DNA of 63,876 nucleotides, filler included, from Choristocarpus tenellus KU-1152 (GCA_964200185.2; 12 parts of 12 records of this genome joined end to end with filler, not necessarily neighbours in it); one strand, 5' to 3'. Counted from the whole stretch's first letter, positions 26,538 to 40,440 are shown. Numbers and translations: made by a program. The notes: generated from the letters alone by a model not told the origin.

Positions 26538-28075
26538 TAACACATGTGTACAGAGTTGATAGGTAACTAAAAGATCCTGTAGATGTTTCTTGTGTGAGGT
26601 CTTGATACGCTTCATCTTAAGGATTTTCGGGATCAATAGAGTATTACTATCCTGTTGAGGTGTGTTTTTCTCGTTGTTTCTGTGAAAATGTCGTAGATGG
26701 CCACGACAGCTTAACAACATACATCGTTATTTGTGTAAAGCAGAATGAAGTTTTTACTATCGAACAGGGTCGAATTTTCAGGATGGGATGGATTGTTCTT
26801 TTTTTTGTACCCACCCTCGAGATTAATTTATATAGGGACCAATAACGAAACATTATTGTGGGTACTGTCATAACATATTCTATATGGAATAGGTGACTGA
26901 CTGGATATATATGCCTTGGTAGCATTGTTGTTTACTCTAAAAAACACAACGACAACAGGTTCATTCTCTTCCCTTCTATATTCTACATTACCCATTATAC
27001 TCTATAAGATAGGGATATTAACTGTCATATTCACAGAGGGCATTGTTGAAAGGTAGTCAAAAGAAGGCAGTAGTACACAGGGCACAATACAAATACTACA
27101 GTCCCATAGAATCATAGAAGAAGAGCATTGGGAGAAGGGAAGGAGCAAACGAGTGTTGCAATAATAATCAACCCAAGAAGAAAAAACAATGAGAAAGCAG
27201 CATTCACTAGGCGGTTGTGGGGGTGGTTGCATGGGCTGGCTTAGCTTCTGGCTTAGCTCCTGTTTTAGCATGATGCACATCAGCTATCACTGCTTCCTTG
27301 AAATGTCACTCTGCCATGAAACTTGTTGTACTGTTAACCACATACACTTGTACCATCTTGGTTGGCTGACCTTATGTGTCATCCTCCTCAACTATAATCC
27401 CAAAGTTCTCGAGGCGTATCCAATATTTTTTTTCCTCTCCACCTTGATTCTGTTTTCCATTCACAGGCTCCCCGAATTCAACACCTATAGAAGTCTCTCA
27501 TCCCCCATGTGCGCAACTGACCCTACGAATAGGAGTCGCCTTTTTGCACAGTTGGCTCGACACTCTTACACCACCTCTAGTCTTCACAAGGGCATCATTG
27601 TAGGAAATCCACTGTGTGATCAGTGCGTTCCTGATTACCATATATATCCTATGCAGTATAGGATAAATTGGTGGTGATAGGAGCGAAACTTCGTATAGAG
27701 AATCTGACGGAGTGTCCATGTCATACTACCATATAATAGAACCTCAAGCACTTTGGCTGAGGATTCAGATCATAACTCAAGTTATACACTCGAAGTCTTG
27801 TCGAAGAGCACTTGGTTGTAATTGGAGAAATAACTCCAACTTTTTAAAGGCAAATGGTCTTCGTCTTTACTCTCGACACGGTCAGCATGACCTACCCACA
27901 ATTGCAATCATAATCATCGTCCTGACCAAATCTCGTAGTCATTTGATACATCCGCATCACCAGCAAAATTAACACCCGCCAGGAGTCGGTCAAGTGATAT
28001 TACATTCCCTGTTGTCCCTTCTCCTCTGACCTGGTGTTTGGTGGCTGCTCTCTCGACGATAACAAGGTCCTTGGA

Positions 28076-28332
28076 GAGTGAAAATACTCTTAGAGGGTAT
28101 GAGTTTTGCCCTGTCTGTCCCTTTGGAGCTTGGCTTCTCATTTTTTTTTATGACATTTTCCTATTCCAAAATGTTTCGGGTAAGTAGAATGTTATACGTT
28201 ATGAAAAGGTGTGTCTGGAACAAGGATATCGACACTTCCTAAGAAAAACAAAAGCCAAAATTACATCAAAATCGCAACATTGTATTTTAACCCCAAATGG
28301 ACAAGGCTTTACCCTCTAAGATACTTTGGCTC
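28076..28332 (+). mobile_element. MITE family A copy
   Basis: Both TIRs; 4-bp TSD tgga/tgga. Confidence 0.92.
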
Positions 28333-28722
28333 TGGATATGGCTGGGTCAGAGGTGAACTCCTTAACTGCTGTACTTAGCAGTGCAGTGAAGAAGAGGGTA
28401 TTAAAGAGGAGCATACCCCGTTGTTTAAGGACCTCTCCAATCTCAAACCCATATCATACACTCTTCGTTGTCTGTGCAAACGGATGCCCACATTCCGTTG
28501 TGAAGTTGGTGTATGACTGAAATAATATCTTCAGGCATTCCAAACTTGGAAAGACAGCCCATGGGAGATCGCTGTCAACAGAATTATATGAGTTCTGTAG
28601 ATGAACAAGACACACGAATAGAGGTATAATACGTTTTTCCAGCGGAGCTCTTGAAGAGCACATAGGGTGTACATCATATCCACAGTGGAACTTCAGGGCT
28701 GGAGTACAAGATTGTTCCTCAT

Positions 28723-28965
28723 GAGCCAAAGGAATCGAAAGGTAGGCAAGGTTGCATTGAAATGATCTCAATAAACAGAAAAAATACGCTATTTTGTACG
28801 ATCTTATATACTGAGCCTTTGCTAAATTTTGATGTCAATTTGTGTCTTGAAAGGGGGGATATCGATTTGTGTACACTATTGTGCACATACTGCAATGTAA
28901 TAGGGTGTATTGCGCAAGATAAGAAAAGGGTCCCGAACTTGCCTACCTCTCAATTACTTTGGTTC
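28723..28965 (-). mobile_element. MITE family C copy
   Basis: gagccaaaggaatcgaaaggtaggcaag ... cttgcctacctctcaattactttggttc; 4-bp TSD tcat/tcat. Confidence 0.85.
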
Positions 28966-29017
28966 TCATGGAGTATGTTTTTTCCGTTACAGGTAACCTC
29001 CCGGAGTCGTGCAACAA

Positions 29018-29275
29018 GAGCCAAGGTATCTTAGAGGGTAGAACTGCGTCCATTTGGGGGGCCAAAAGTCAATGTTACTATTTTGATGTTATTTTGGCTA
29101 TCATGTTGGTTAGGAAGTGTCCATATCCTTATTCTGGACACAAGTTTCATAACGTATACATGTTAACTACTCCTAAACTTTTGAAGTAGGAAAATGTCAT
29201 AAAATAACCCATGGAAAGCCAAGCCCCAAATGGACAAACAGGGCAAAACTCGTACCCTCTAAGATACTTTCACTC
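29018..29275 (-). mobile_element. MITE family A copy
   Basis: Both TIRs; 4-bp TSD acaa/acaa. Confidence 0.92.
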
Positions 29276-31950
29276 ACAACCTTGCAGAAGATTATTTTGT
29301 CACTTTGTGCCACCAATGAGATAAAATCTGCCCGATCCTTCGTTTGGTGGACCAGCACTGTGATGAGCACACCCTTACAAACCTGTGGCACAACTTCCTG
29401 TTCTCGAACCGCTAACACAACTTACGGAAACTCTCCAGGATAGCCTCGTTCTCCTTCTATAGGCCAAGTTTGAGGATCTCAGCTGTAAGATTGTCGGGAC
29501 CTATCGCCTTCCCACTTCCCACTATCCGGACTGCTTGAGCCATTCCACCAGTCCTGGTGCATCATTTGAGCACCATGCAAGTGGATTGCTGGTCAAGGGC
29601 TTCAGTTCTGTAAGTACTGAAAGGTTGACCAGCTTATTATTGACGAGCCATTTTAAAGCACCGTCTCCCCCCTTCCATGATGCCCTTTGCACCAGATTAA
29701 ATGCGAATGCGCTTGGGGGCGCTCTGTCTGGTTCTCTCCACCTTGAACCCTTTGAGATATCGGTAGGAACCAGCTTGGTCCCCACGTTGGATAAAGCTTT
29801 TAATCTTCCTGGAGTAGGTATAAGAAAGTTCTGTAAGGCAGATACCTTCACGTGTTTGAGCTCCCTGCCAGTCATCTTAAGAACCTTGTGCAAAACGGCG
29901 TTTTGGGGGGTTGAGCGCTGTATCCAAATGTCACCTATACGTAAAACTACTTCCTACAATAAACAAATAACTGACCATATTCCCTATCAGAACCCTAACC
30001 CTAATATGGGAAAGCCCTGTAGCACCCAGAGTAGTGTCTTCTTCATCCACAACAAAGAACTACACTTGGCCTACTAGTTCAGATCCCACAAACCGAGAAG
30101 TACAAATTTTGATCCCCTCTGAGATTTTGCAGATGTGTCAGGGGAAAAAGTTATTTCAAAATCAGAAGGACCCCTATAAAACTAATAGCTGTCGTTAATG
30201 CATGAGATGTCTCTCCAAAAAATATTTCCTATTTGAATACTACCTATACATCAAGATTGGTAATTGCAATGTAATGTATACACTGCTGCTATGCCTCTAA
30301 CTAGGCTTAGCCCTGCCAAGGGTGGCGAGGAGATAGGGAAGCATCCCAAGAATCTGACGGAACCGGTCTTGCCCATCTGCCTGTTGTCTCTCGGGCTTGA
30401 AATATATGACGCGTGTCTCGCAAGAGTCACTCATGCAGTGTTGGACACTATCTGTCTTAGGCAGGACTTGACAGCCGGCCCAAACTTACCATCGTGAAGG
30501 TGTTGAGAGGTAGCTGAATAGAAATACAGAGGGTTGGTGTGTTTCAACGTCATTCTCAGGAAGTAGTAGAAGTATTTTCACTGTCAGTCATATCAACTTT
30601 CTACCTTACGTAATGTTGGAAATATATATATATATATATATATACATTACACTCTTATGCGTACTGACATTTGGAGAAGATTGTGTCAGGGAGTGGAGGG
30701 AAAACAGAGACCAAGAATACCCTCACACAACTTCTTACACAACAATCGTTGGTCATATATATGTAGGATGAGGGTTGAGAGAGGGTTTGTCCGTGAGAAA
30801 AGTACGGTTCTTTCAACCTGGGCAACATCTTTGGTACGAAATCGATCGAAGACAGATTCTTGGGATGTTTCCTACCCCCTCGTTCACTTTGGTGCGGTTA
30901 TGCTATCGTAAGAACCATATCATCAGTGTGGATATTATTTGATAGTAAACAACGCTCAACGGAACGTTGTTGTGATGTTTTTTTAAATAATATTTTCAGA
31001 AAGATAAACTATTTACCACAACCAACGTATTTACAAATAAAGAGTATTAGTAGTATTTGTCACATTGTATGTACCAAGGAGTCGTATCGATATCAATACT
31101 ACACGACGATCCGATTCAGCTCATAGAACAAAGTGGACGTTTACATTCTCATGTTCGTCGTTACAAGACGGCGATCGACCTGACGTGTGAGAACGAAATG
31201 AAGACAAGGATATGGCTCATCTTGTAGGTTTCCAAATAATCCATATACGTGTTGGATATTGGAACCTTTTCCCCTTCTTAGCGTATAGTTGACAAGCGTA
31301 GATCTGTTAATATTTTACAGATTGTACAGCATAACGATGTAAAGGGAAATACAACAATATAAAAATGAACATTATCTTTAGTTCGACACAGTAGGAAGTC
31401 ATTAGCAGTACAATAAAACACAACTACTGTTTTTGGTTTGTGCCTTCTCATCCTAAACACTATTATTTCTCCTTCATCAATCAGGGATAGTTCAGACGCA
31501 TGGTCAGAGGGACTACTTACACAGGACCACCTCGAATAATGCTCTTAACAACACTACTTTGAAGTACTACCTACCACCACACTACCTTCTATTGTCACAC
31601 TACCACTCATCATTGTTGTTTCGTTCCTGCCTTTCTTCTCGTGCGTTGGGTACCTTCCACTGTTACACACTACCAGTTACACTACCACTCATGGTACTAG
31701 CTCTGTTCCCGTCTTGCTTCTTATGCGTTGGGTTTAACAGTCCCACAGTTACACTCCTCGTCGTTCGATCTCCTCCCTTACATCTTCTGTTACAGGCGAA
31801 TAGAGCGAGTATTTCTTCTTATATTTCAACGAAGTGCAAACGTTTGTTACNNNNNNNNNNNNNNNNNNNNNNNNNNNNNNNNNNNNNNNNNNNNTTAATT
31901 AATTAANNNNNNNNNNNNNNNNNNNNNNNNNNNNNNNNNNNNNNNNNNNN

Positions 31951-32006
31951 ATGAAAATATTGACCCCAATTGGACAGCCGCTACCCCCTCCCAGATACTT
32001 TGAGCC
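31951..32006 (+). mobile_element. MITE family B right end (contig start)
   Basis: ttgaccccaattggacagccgctaccccctcccagatactttgagcc; near-identical to 37583-37652. Confidence 0.8.
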
Positions 32007-32056
32007 AGTATCAAATTGTGGTTTAATGGTCTCATTGTACCAAGATAATCTCCTAC

Positions 32057-32300
32057 GAGTCCAACCAAGGGAGAGGTTAGCAGGGTTGTATTTTAAGGAT
32101 CACCAGAAAGGGTAAATAAATTTGTACAACTATGGAAAGAATGTTTGCTGAATTGTGGTGTCACTCTTTGTGTGTGGAGAGAGGAAATATAAATTTTGCA
32201 TACAATATTGTGCACATAAAGCAATGACATAAGGGTAAGAAAGATTGCTTAGATGCAAAAGGGTCCAAACCAGCCTACTTCTCATCAACTGTTTTGGCTC
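32057..32300 (-). mobile_element. MITE family C copy
   Basis: Degenerate TIRs gagtccaacc...gagaggttagcagg / cctacttctc...tttggctc; flanks ctac/ctgc. Confidence 0.75.
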
Positions 32301-32402
32301 CTGCTTGTTCAGAGTCGTCCAATCTATGGAGTCTACGTTGGCCCTTTTGAGTAATTTAGGTCATTTCACTGCCTGAAACCCTGCTCCTGTGCATCAAATT
32401 TA

Positions 32403-32663
32403 TAGTGAAAGTATTTTAGAGGGTACGAGTTTTGCCCTGTTTGTCCACTTGGGGCTTGACTTCCCATGGGGGTTTTTATGACATTTTCCTATTCCAAAGT
32501 ATTTCGGAGTAGTTAAAATGTATATAAGTTACGAAAAGGTGTGTCTGTAACAAGGATGTTGGCACTTCCTAACAAACACGATAGCCAAAATTACATCAAA
32601 ATCTGAACATTGGATTGTGGTTCCCAAATAGATGCGACTCTATCCTCTAAGATACTTTGACTC
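32403..32663 (+). mobile_element. MITE family A copy
   Basis: Both TIRs (first base mutated). Confidence 0.9.
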
Positions 32664-34470
32664 TGTTGCTAATCCTCCTTAGAATGTTGTGGCAGTAGAA
32701 GACAAGACAAAAGTTCGTCCACATAAACACGAAGTAGCCCTTCAGAGTGCTAGGAGCACAGGTATCAAGATGCAGTCACAGGGACCCCAAATACTCGACG
32801 AAACCCCTCTATAAGATAAAGTAACTCTCCGTTGCATTGCACCAAAGCTCTTACTCACCCCATACTTATCCAATAATGTGGTTCATAAGGTTCAAAATCT
32901 CCACATCTCCTGCTAAATTAAGATATTTTACCGGCCCACAAGTTATATGGGCTCCAATAGTTCCTCTGTTTTTTAGTTGTAGTTTAGTGCTCTTTTCGTG
33001 AAGGGCCAATCATGAATTTGGGACAGTAATCAGCTGTCCTCAGTCAGTCATATTCATAGACGTCAGCCAAAGGATATGCTCTGGTGTTGTTGTAGGGATT
33101 GCTGATACCAGGTCAGTATTTGAGTTAATGTTGCTACAGGGTGAGAGGGTGAGAAGGCGGGAGGATTTTCTTGTTACAATTTGCTCAAGTAACACATAGT
33201 TGTACCAATGGGTTGCGTCTTTTGTCCTGCATATTTATCCCCTACCCCCTCAGTCATACTATCATCTAAGCTACTTCGTGTCACATTTAACTCTCAGAGT
33301 GAAGCAAAGTCAGTGTTGTGCCTGGAATACTACATAGTATGTAACATATTGAAGAGGAAATCTGGTCCCCCATGCATGGTCAGAAAAATATGAAAGACCC
33401 CTAAAAGGGCTCCGATTAAGTTCCACAGTTTGCCCTACCAAAAACAAACAGGACAATGCAATCGCTGAAAGGTCCAACCAAATGGGTAGTATACCCTAAA
33501 AAGGTACATCTTACAAGTCAAACGAAGTTAGCCGAGATCGAAACATAATGTGACCCGAAGTCCTTCTGCTTCACAAGCCAGCAGCCACGTCTTGTGCCCA
33601 GAGCTAGGCTAGGTCAAGATTGAACCAAGAATGGGGCAAATACTGAAGTGACAGTACCTTGTACACATAGCCCCAAGCAAGATGCCGTGGAGGAAAAGAA
33701 ATTGACACCAGAAACTCACGGTGATTAGAAGGTGAAGCAGTGATTGAAAGATCAGCATGGTTGAACGAAAAATATCACGACATGGATTGATATTTTGGAG
33801 GCTAAGCAATGTCGACGCACTTTGTAACCTCCCATCACTTGCCGCCTGACAATTGAGCACCAACGTGTTGCTCCAAAGTGATGCAATAGTAACAATAATA
33901 TTGTCAAATCCAGAGGATGTATATGAAAGACACTGAACCGGCATCAATGCGTGCTGCCCTCATGAAGATCTGAAACATTAGGACAAGAGTCGAGCCGAAC
34001 ATAATTCGAGACCACTTTAGACAATCCAAGAAGGATTAACAAACCATTGAAACGAGAGTGTTGACTGGAACACAAAGGTCTTAGAGTGACTTGTAAAACG
34101 TTTCAACTCACGTCTCGAGTTCGAACTAGCAAGGTTTCCGGGTACTGTTGGCTTGAGTTGATTTAATATTGGTAGTGGCAACAGGACGTGAAAATCTGCA
34201 TTAATTGATGAACAACTTACTACGTGATTTTTATACCACCAACCCACCACAAAAACAAAGTTAACCCTGCCTGAAAGAAGTAGCAAACGTTCTTGTTGAG
34301 TTCAGACAAGCGAGATTACTGTGACTTGTTAGCGGGAACAAGATTAAAAAATATCGGTTAGATCAATAACTCACTGCGTCATGTAACACCCCCACACCTA
34401 ATCCCTATCTATATGGCTGGCGTCCACTGTATTTTCTCCTGCTGGTTCTCTTACTGACCCACCCTCTCAG

Positions 34471-34638
34471 GTCGTTAGGCTGTGCTCCCTCTGTGAGGAG
34501 TGCACAGGCTTCCACTCAGATCCAGTGCGTGAATCCGTATGCCAAACCTGCAAACACAGTGTCTCCTTTCACACGAGAATCAATCGCCATGCTGCCAAGG
34601 CTGATTTCAACGGCTCTTCTGCTCTGTCAAAGATATGA
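34471..34638 (+). CDS. Probable terminal exon encoding a Cys/His zinc-binding motif (gene otherwise unresolved)
   Basis: Polypyrimidine tract plus ctcag acceptor, then VVRLCSLCEECTGFHSDPVRESVCQTCKHSVSFH...KI* (C-x2-C-x2-C-x-GF-x9-C-x2-C-x-H-x4-H). Confidence 0.6.
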   Translation, partial: VVRLCSLCEECTGFHSDPVRESVCQTCKHSVSFHTRINRHAAKADFNGSSALSKI

Positions 34639-34929
34639 TGCGTGAAGGGTCATCGGTGAAATAGATCGCTGCCATGAAACAATATACTGTACCAAAACAG
34701 TAAACATTTTGATTGCAAGATTTTCATCCTGCAAAAAAGAGAAAAAATGTTACATTTCATTTTGTTTACCGTTTCACGACAAATTCAACGCATAGTGAAG
34801 GGGTGAGACTATGGTCACTGTCCCCACACAGCGAGATTGACATGTCAGGTACAAACACTCTGTCTGGGATTATCGCCTGATGAGTAGGAAAAGTACTACA
34901 TCAATCAACCAAGGACAAAAATCAGCTTA

Positions 34930-35188
34930 GAGTCGAAGTAAACGAGGGATACCCGAGTTTTGACCGTCTTGCATTTTAAGGCAGTTTTTTCATATTCTGC
35001 AGTTCACCCATATTTCTATGGGTCAAGCGCTAAGTTTGACTTGAGAGCGTTGATTTCTGTGTTGTTTGAAACCTTTCGATAGAATTCAGAAACATTTCAA
35101 TGTGCCTTCGCGAAAAAGCTAAGTTTTGCACACATTTAGCAGCATCCTTAAATTGTAACTCTGGTACCTCTCCTATTCCTTGGATCTC
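34930..35188 (+). mobile_element. MITE family D copy (degenerate)
   Basis: Interior (gatttct...tttcga(t/c)agaattcagaaac...catccttaaa(t/a)tgtaac) shared with 37955-38231; starts gagtcgaagtaaacgaggg. Confidence 0.65.
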
Positions 35189-35447
35189 ATCCTTCTTAGG
35201 CACTACTAGGGTGGAAAATGGCTATATTAACATCAAGCGATTTACCAAACAGCAAAACTTTTATGTTGACATAGTGTATTGTTCGCACAAAATCAGGGAA
35301 GATTACATACATACTATGCAAACGCACATAGTAGATCCAATTCACATACAGGTAGTGCAGTTCTTACTACCTCAGCCTGGGCGATAAAGCAGCATGTATC
35401 AGTACTCAGTGGAACAACACTCTGACCTCTTGTAACAAACTTGAAAT

Positions 35448-35708
35448 GAGCCAAATAAATTGAGAGGTGGGCAGGTTTGGACCTTTTTGCATTCTAAACC
35501 ATCTTTCTTACTCTCTGCAATACACTATTTCATTGCTTTATGTTCTCAATAGTGTACGCAAAATTGATATTTCCCCTTTCCACAAGCTATGTAACACCGC
35601 AATTCAGCAAAGGCTCTTTTAGCTATTGTACAAGATGACATATTTTTTCCCTTTATCGGGTATCCTTAAACCGCAACCCTGCCTACCTCTCAGTTGGTGG
35701 TTTGATTC
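35448..35708 (+). mobile_element. MITE family C copy
   Basis: gagccaaataaattgagaggtgggcagg ... cctgcctacctctcagttggtggtttgattc. Confidence 0.8.
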
Positions 35709-37152
35709 GATGTTAGCTGTGATCATCATACAACGACACATTTGAAAACATAAACAAAAATACTCCAGAGTTGTAATAGCATGCTCACAACATTTTGCAG
35801 ATGATACAGTGGAGAGAACGAGAACACCATACAGAATGCCAAAAATGCAACAGGAGCGAGTTTGTATTGCTAACGGTACCAATGTCTTAGGATACAGTAA
35901 ACAAGAGTTACAGCATAATCTAGAGTAATTAAAAACATGAAACCTACCCTAATAAAATTAAGAGGAATATACAGTTGTGAACTACTCCTAAACTACCACT
36001 ATTCTAGGAGTCTATCTAGAAACAAATGAGTTCTACGATTCTGGATGTTAATAATCATAAAGGGGATAAATCAAGTGTTGCGAGTTCTTCTGATGTCACT
36101 CCTGATTGATTGTGATTCTCTAGAAGAATACAACCAAAAACAAAGAGATTTTCAAGTTGATTGTATGTATTTAAAAATCAAGATATATGTATGTAGATTT
36201 TCTGAGGGGAAAACGAAACCCCAAATCTGGTCAGCTTTTCTCCTTCACAGGTTCAACATGTTTGAAAAAGGGAGAACACGAAACTTTTTAGACCTGACAC
36301 ACACTCAACAACAGATTATGTTGCTTTGGGTAACCACGGTTCACTTCCAGTCATTTAGATCCATACCTAAAATTTTCATGGTATGTATTTGGTTCGATAT
36401 ACAATTATTTCTAAAATAAATAATTCCACATCTATTTCATTAATAATGGATATTTTTTGCTTGGTGGTTCTGTGAGCAAATTATACCGAAATATTTTGGG
36501 AATCACTACATGCAACATATTTAAACATTTCAAGACATCCTATATATTACAAAAAACGTTTACAAATTGTTCATTCATACAACAGTATCAACAACGCCTG
36601 CTCATGAAAAAAAACACAAGACTAATCAGGCACCATGCTTCCCTGTTACACATCTGACCCAACGTGAACTTGTACAAATAATAGCACTTATACTCGATTC
36701 CCTAATGGGATGGAAGACTGCGAATGTGTTCATATTGATTCAACGATAAATAACGCGTGTTATCGCCTCAGTATTTATCCATGCATTATACTACCATTAT
36801 GCTAGTAGACCTCAAACCTCCAAAATTTGCTGGGCTGCAGATTTTCCCGAGAAATCGTAGGTTATCGACATCAAAATGAAGGGGGGTTGGCAGAGTAGTA
36901 TGAGGCGTATCACAGAGAATGTGATCCAAACCAATATCCCATCATCAGTTTCTTCCACAGCGACACCGTAAACCTGACTCAACTCCAACTCTCGTTCATT
37001 TCTCTCCACCCTACATGACCTACCCACAGCCAAAAGAACAACGCAAGCACGTACGCACACACACAACAAATCTGGTTGGGGACGTGACGAGACCAAGTAG
37101 GCATCACATCTAGCCCTAGCCTAGTCTACGAGGTAGTTTGAATTCAGAGTAA

Positions 37153-37341
37153 GAGCAAACGAAATGTACCCAGGGGGTGGCGGCCTTCCGTTCAGGGCCC
37201 ATTTTTTCATGTCGCGATTTTTGTGTTAATTAGTTGCATGCATCGGATGGATAATGTAAGTTCACTTTTCCTGGTCAAGGCCCAAACACCCTGGTGTAGA
37301 CCCCTCCCCCCCCCCCCAACCACCACCAGATACTTTGGGTT
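37153..37341 (-). mobile_element. MITE family B copy
   Basis: Reverse complement of 47080-47260; ends cagatactttgggtt. Confidence 0.7.
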
Positions 37342-37582
37342 CCGCAGGAACTTTTTTCTGAGGAAGGGATTTTGATTGTGTGCTTGATTGAGGGTCTCAG
37401 CAATAATAGAGGGGGGGGGGGGGGTTGTTGTGTGCACTCACCAATCGGAAAAGACCTTGCGGTGGTCGACACCATCGTCCCCNNNNNNNNNNNNNNNNNN
37501 NNNNNNNNNNNNNNNNNNNNNNNNNNTTAATTAATTAANNNNNNNNNNNNNNNNNNNNNNNNNNNNNNNNNNNNNNNNNNNN

Positions 37583-37652
37583 CCAAAAATCGTGACACGA
37601 AAAAATTGACCACAATTGGACAGCCGCTACCCCCTCCCAGATACTTTGAGAC
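37583..37652 (+). mobile_element. MITE family B right end (contig start)
   Basis: ggacagccgctaccccctcccagatactttgagac. Confidence 0.8.
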
Positions 37653-37954
37653 ATCTTCCAATATCTCATTGTCATGGTCTCAATGATCAATTTCTTTCCT
37701 TTCCAAAGAACTACCACAGTAGTTATTGTAGTAACACAATAGCATATATGGCGATCCCTTTACTACCATCATAGCAGTGTCTTTTGGTAAGGATAAATCA
37801 TGTGTAGAAGCTCCACTTTCTTATCGCTTAAAATCTATCACTATATTTACACATATCTACGTGTCTCTTAACTTTTCCGCCACGGTTTGCCAATAATTCA
37901 GAAAAACCACGAAGCAGTCATGGGATGTCGCCATCTCATTGCCGATGCTGCAGT

Positions 37955-38231
37955 GAGCCAAAGTAAAAGAGAGGACCCACGATTTGGCCGTTTCGCACTT
38001 TAAACCATATTAAACAAATCTTTTGCAATCCACCCTTATTTTTGTGGATAAAATTGTAACATTGAGTTGAAAACCTTGATTTCTCAATTGTTTGAAAATT
38101 TTCGACAGAATTCAGAAACGTCCCAATAATATGCAGTTGTATAAAGACAAGATTTTGCATTTGTCAGCATTTGTCAGCATTTGTCAGCATCCTTAAAATG
38201 TAACCCTGTTTCCTCTCATTTACTTCGGCTC
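37955..38231 (+). mobile_element. MITE family D copy
   Basis: TIRs gagccaaagtaaaagagagg ... cctctcatttacttcggctc; 3-bp TSD agt/agt. A further right end lies at ~25690-25731. Confidence 0.8.
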
Positions 38232-38379
38232 AGTGCTGCATTTAATTATGGATGAAGGTCAATTCCTGAGGGAGGTTGATTTGGGGGAATTCAGAATATC
38301 TTAATGCTAGGGTGCTCGGTTTCCTTCGCCTGACCTTTGCAGAAAAATACACTCAAACATTTTTCACTCCCTCGCCCAT

Positions 38380-39330
38380 GTTCAAAGCGAACCAGTAACC
38401 TTTGGAAGTGCCTTTATACAGTATTCTTTGGTTCAGTACCAGAGCCACTACATATCACGATAGTTGTGTGGATTCCCCACTCCAATTCTAAATCATTGCA
38501 GCAATTACCAACCCTCATCCTGGATTACAAACGCAGTACGGGTATGGGCAAGGGATATGACTTCAACTCTTATGCTGATGTAACTGCACGTCTTCTTTTA
38601 CGTATTACTCATCCACCGATGCATCAACTCTACTCTCCATACCTTCGACAAAAATTGACACCTCCAGAGAATTTCTCAAGGATATACCTCTCTCCATTTA
38701 ACAAATTGCGGTCCCTTGCAACCATATCAGGATTCTCCTTTCCCATCCCTGTGAACATCTCTCTAGGGCACCCATCCGAGGTGAGTCCCAAGTTTTACAG
38801 AGGATTGACAAATCCCAATACAGTCAAACTACATCCATGCCTGGAAACGTTTTGCTGATTTTCACAACTTTCCTTACATAGTTACCAAGTGCAACTTCTG
38901 CGGTATAACCTTCTTCCTGGAGGAAGCAGTATTGTACAATGTGCGACACCCATGATGTGATACACACAACCTACGGTGTGGGGTGCTCTTCGAGCCAACT
39001 TGCACCTAGAGGACAAGACCACATAACATAGTAGGCACGTTCAAGAAAGACATCATGCCTCCCTGCAACAATAACAGTGGCACAGCTTAAGCGAACATGA
39101 GCAGACTCCCATACCTGCAATGCTCAGAAATAAATAGTTGTGAACAGGATTCCTTTCCTCAACGTCACAAGAATGAGCAGGGATGTTGTGAACAGGTACT
39201 TGATTACCATGGAGGAATCACACCTCAAATATCCTTCCTCAACCTTGATGAAACTTGTGCTTTAGCACAGCTCCTTCAAGCGATGTGGGCTCATCAAGGG
39301 AGGTGGTGTAGCATATGAACCAACGATGGA
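38380..39330 (-). mobile_element. Highly degenerate LINE 3' fragment
   Basis: Remnants resembling the LINE C-terminal RWxGHVxRM...PxxxLxG region (~38720-38780); heavily broken. Confidence 0.35.
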
Positions 39331-39348
39331 GACTATTTAGTATGTCCA

Positions 39349-39613
39349 GAGTAAGTATAAATATATCTTAGAGGGTAGATCCGCGTCCATTTGGGGAGCA
39401 AAATCCAATGTTGCAATTTTGATGTGATCTTGGCTATCATTTTTGTTAGGAGATGTCAATATCCTTGTTCCGGACACTCCTTTTTATAATTTACACATTT
39501 TACCTACTCCGAAACATTTTGGAGTAGGTAAAATGCCATTAAAAACATGTGGGCAGTTAAGCCCCAAATAGACAAGCAGGGAAAAAAATGTACCCTCTAA
39601 GATCCCTTCACTC
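39349..39613 (-). mobile_element. MITE family A copy
   Basis: Both TIRs (left with small insertion); flanks tcca/tcct. Confidence 0.9.
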
Positions 39614-40169
39614 TCCTAGCTGACGATGATGGGTCATTAGGTGCCATTGCCATCAACACGGGTGGGACTCAACTAGAATATTCACTTGCTTCGTTAATAA
39701 TATCCCCCAAGTTGTAGGGTACAACGTTGTGTATGTATGAGGCAAACCTACCACCCACAGCAGTACCTCATTCAGAGAGTTACGCATTGTAAGGTCCCTG
39801 GTATATCTCCCACAGTAACAAAACCACACAACTTATATGTGGAAGGTGAAGAGCTGGGTGGGCTTGTCCTGCCAGTCAAGCTACGTCAGCCTGTTCAAAC
39901 ACACGATTAAGGTAGGATTTTCTTGCTTCACTATCCCACTTAATGCACACAATGTCAAAAGCTGTACTCTTACGTAACAATGTATATTATATTTAACTGT
40001 CAATTTCCTATCCTGCCAGCCGTCTACCTCACTGTCTACAAGGTTGAGGGGGTAAGGCATGGAGAGGTAGAATTACAAACATGATGGAATGAATACATGA
40101 CACCAAGGTACACAATACTACAGGTGATTGTAAAACACCAGTATAGATGAGGCACGAAATAAATACTGG

Positions 40170-40440
40170 GAGTATATATATATTGGTGCGAGGTGGAAGG
40201 TTATCACAAGGAACCAGGTGACATTCGTACTGAGGAGTACAGCAAGAGAGCTCGGGCTAAAACCGGAAGAACCTGGCCGACTCTCTGGCAGGAATGGGAG
40301 AGCCACGATGGTGATGATGAAGGCACCTGAATTAGTCGTATAGAAGGAGGAGAGATGGAAGGCGGGAACCTCTACGGTGTACGTTGGAGCTATCCAAAGG
40401 GACCAAGTGCTGGTGTCAAAGGGTTTAGTAGAGAGTAATT
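40170..40440 (+). pseudogene. Tyrosine recombinase C-terminal remnant (DIRS/Ngaro-like)
   Basis: WKVITRNQVTFVLRSTARELGLKPEEPGRLSGRNGRATMVMMKAPELVV*KEERWKAGTSTVYV resembles LR..A..LGLxP....HSxRIGGAT....GRW.....Y; internal stop at 40341. Confidence 0.55.

Larger units (their letters stand above)
27380..29930 (-). mobile_element. Degenerate LINE reverse transcriptase (RTE-like), interrupted by three MITEs
   Basis: GKAIGPDNLTAEILKLGL (~29490), VPQVCKGVLITVL..KDR..ISLVAQSDK (~29300-29400), CLVHLQNSYNSVDSDLPWAV (~28570), NFAGDAD (YADD site, ~27960), ISYNDALVKT (~27590). Boundaries approximate. Confidence 0.8.
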
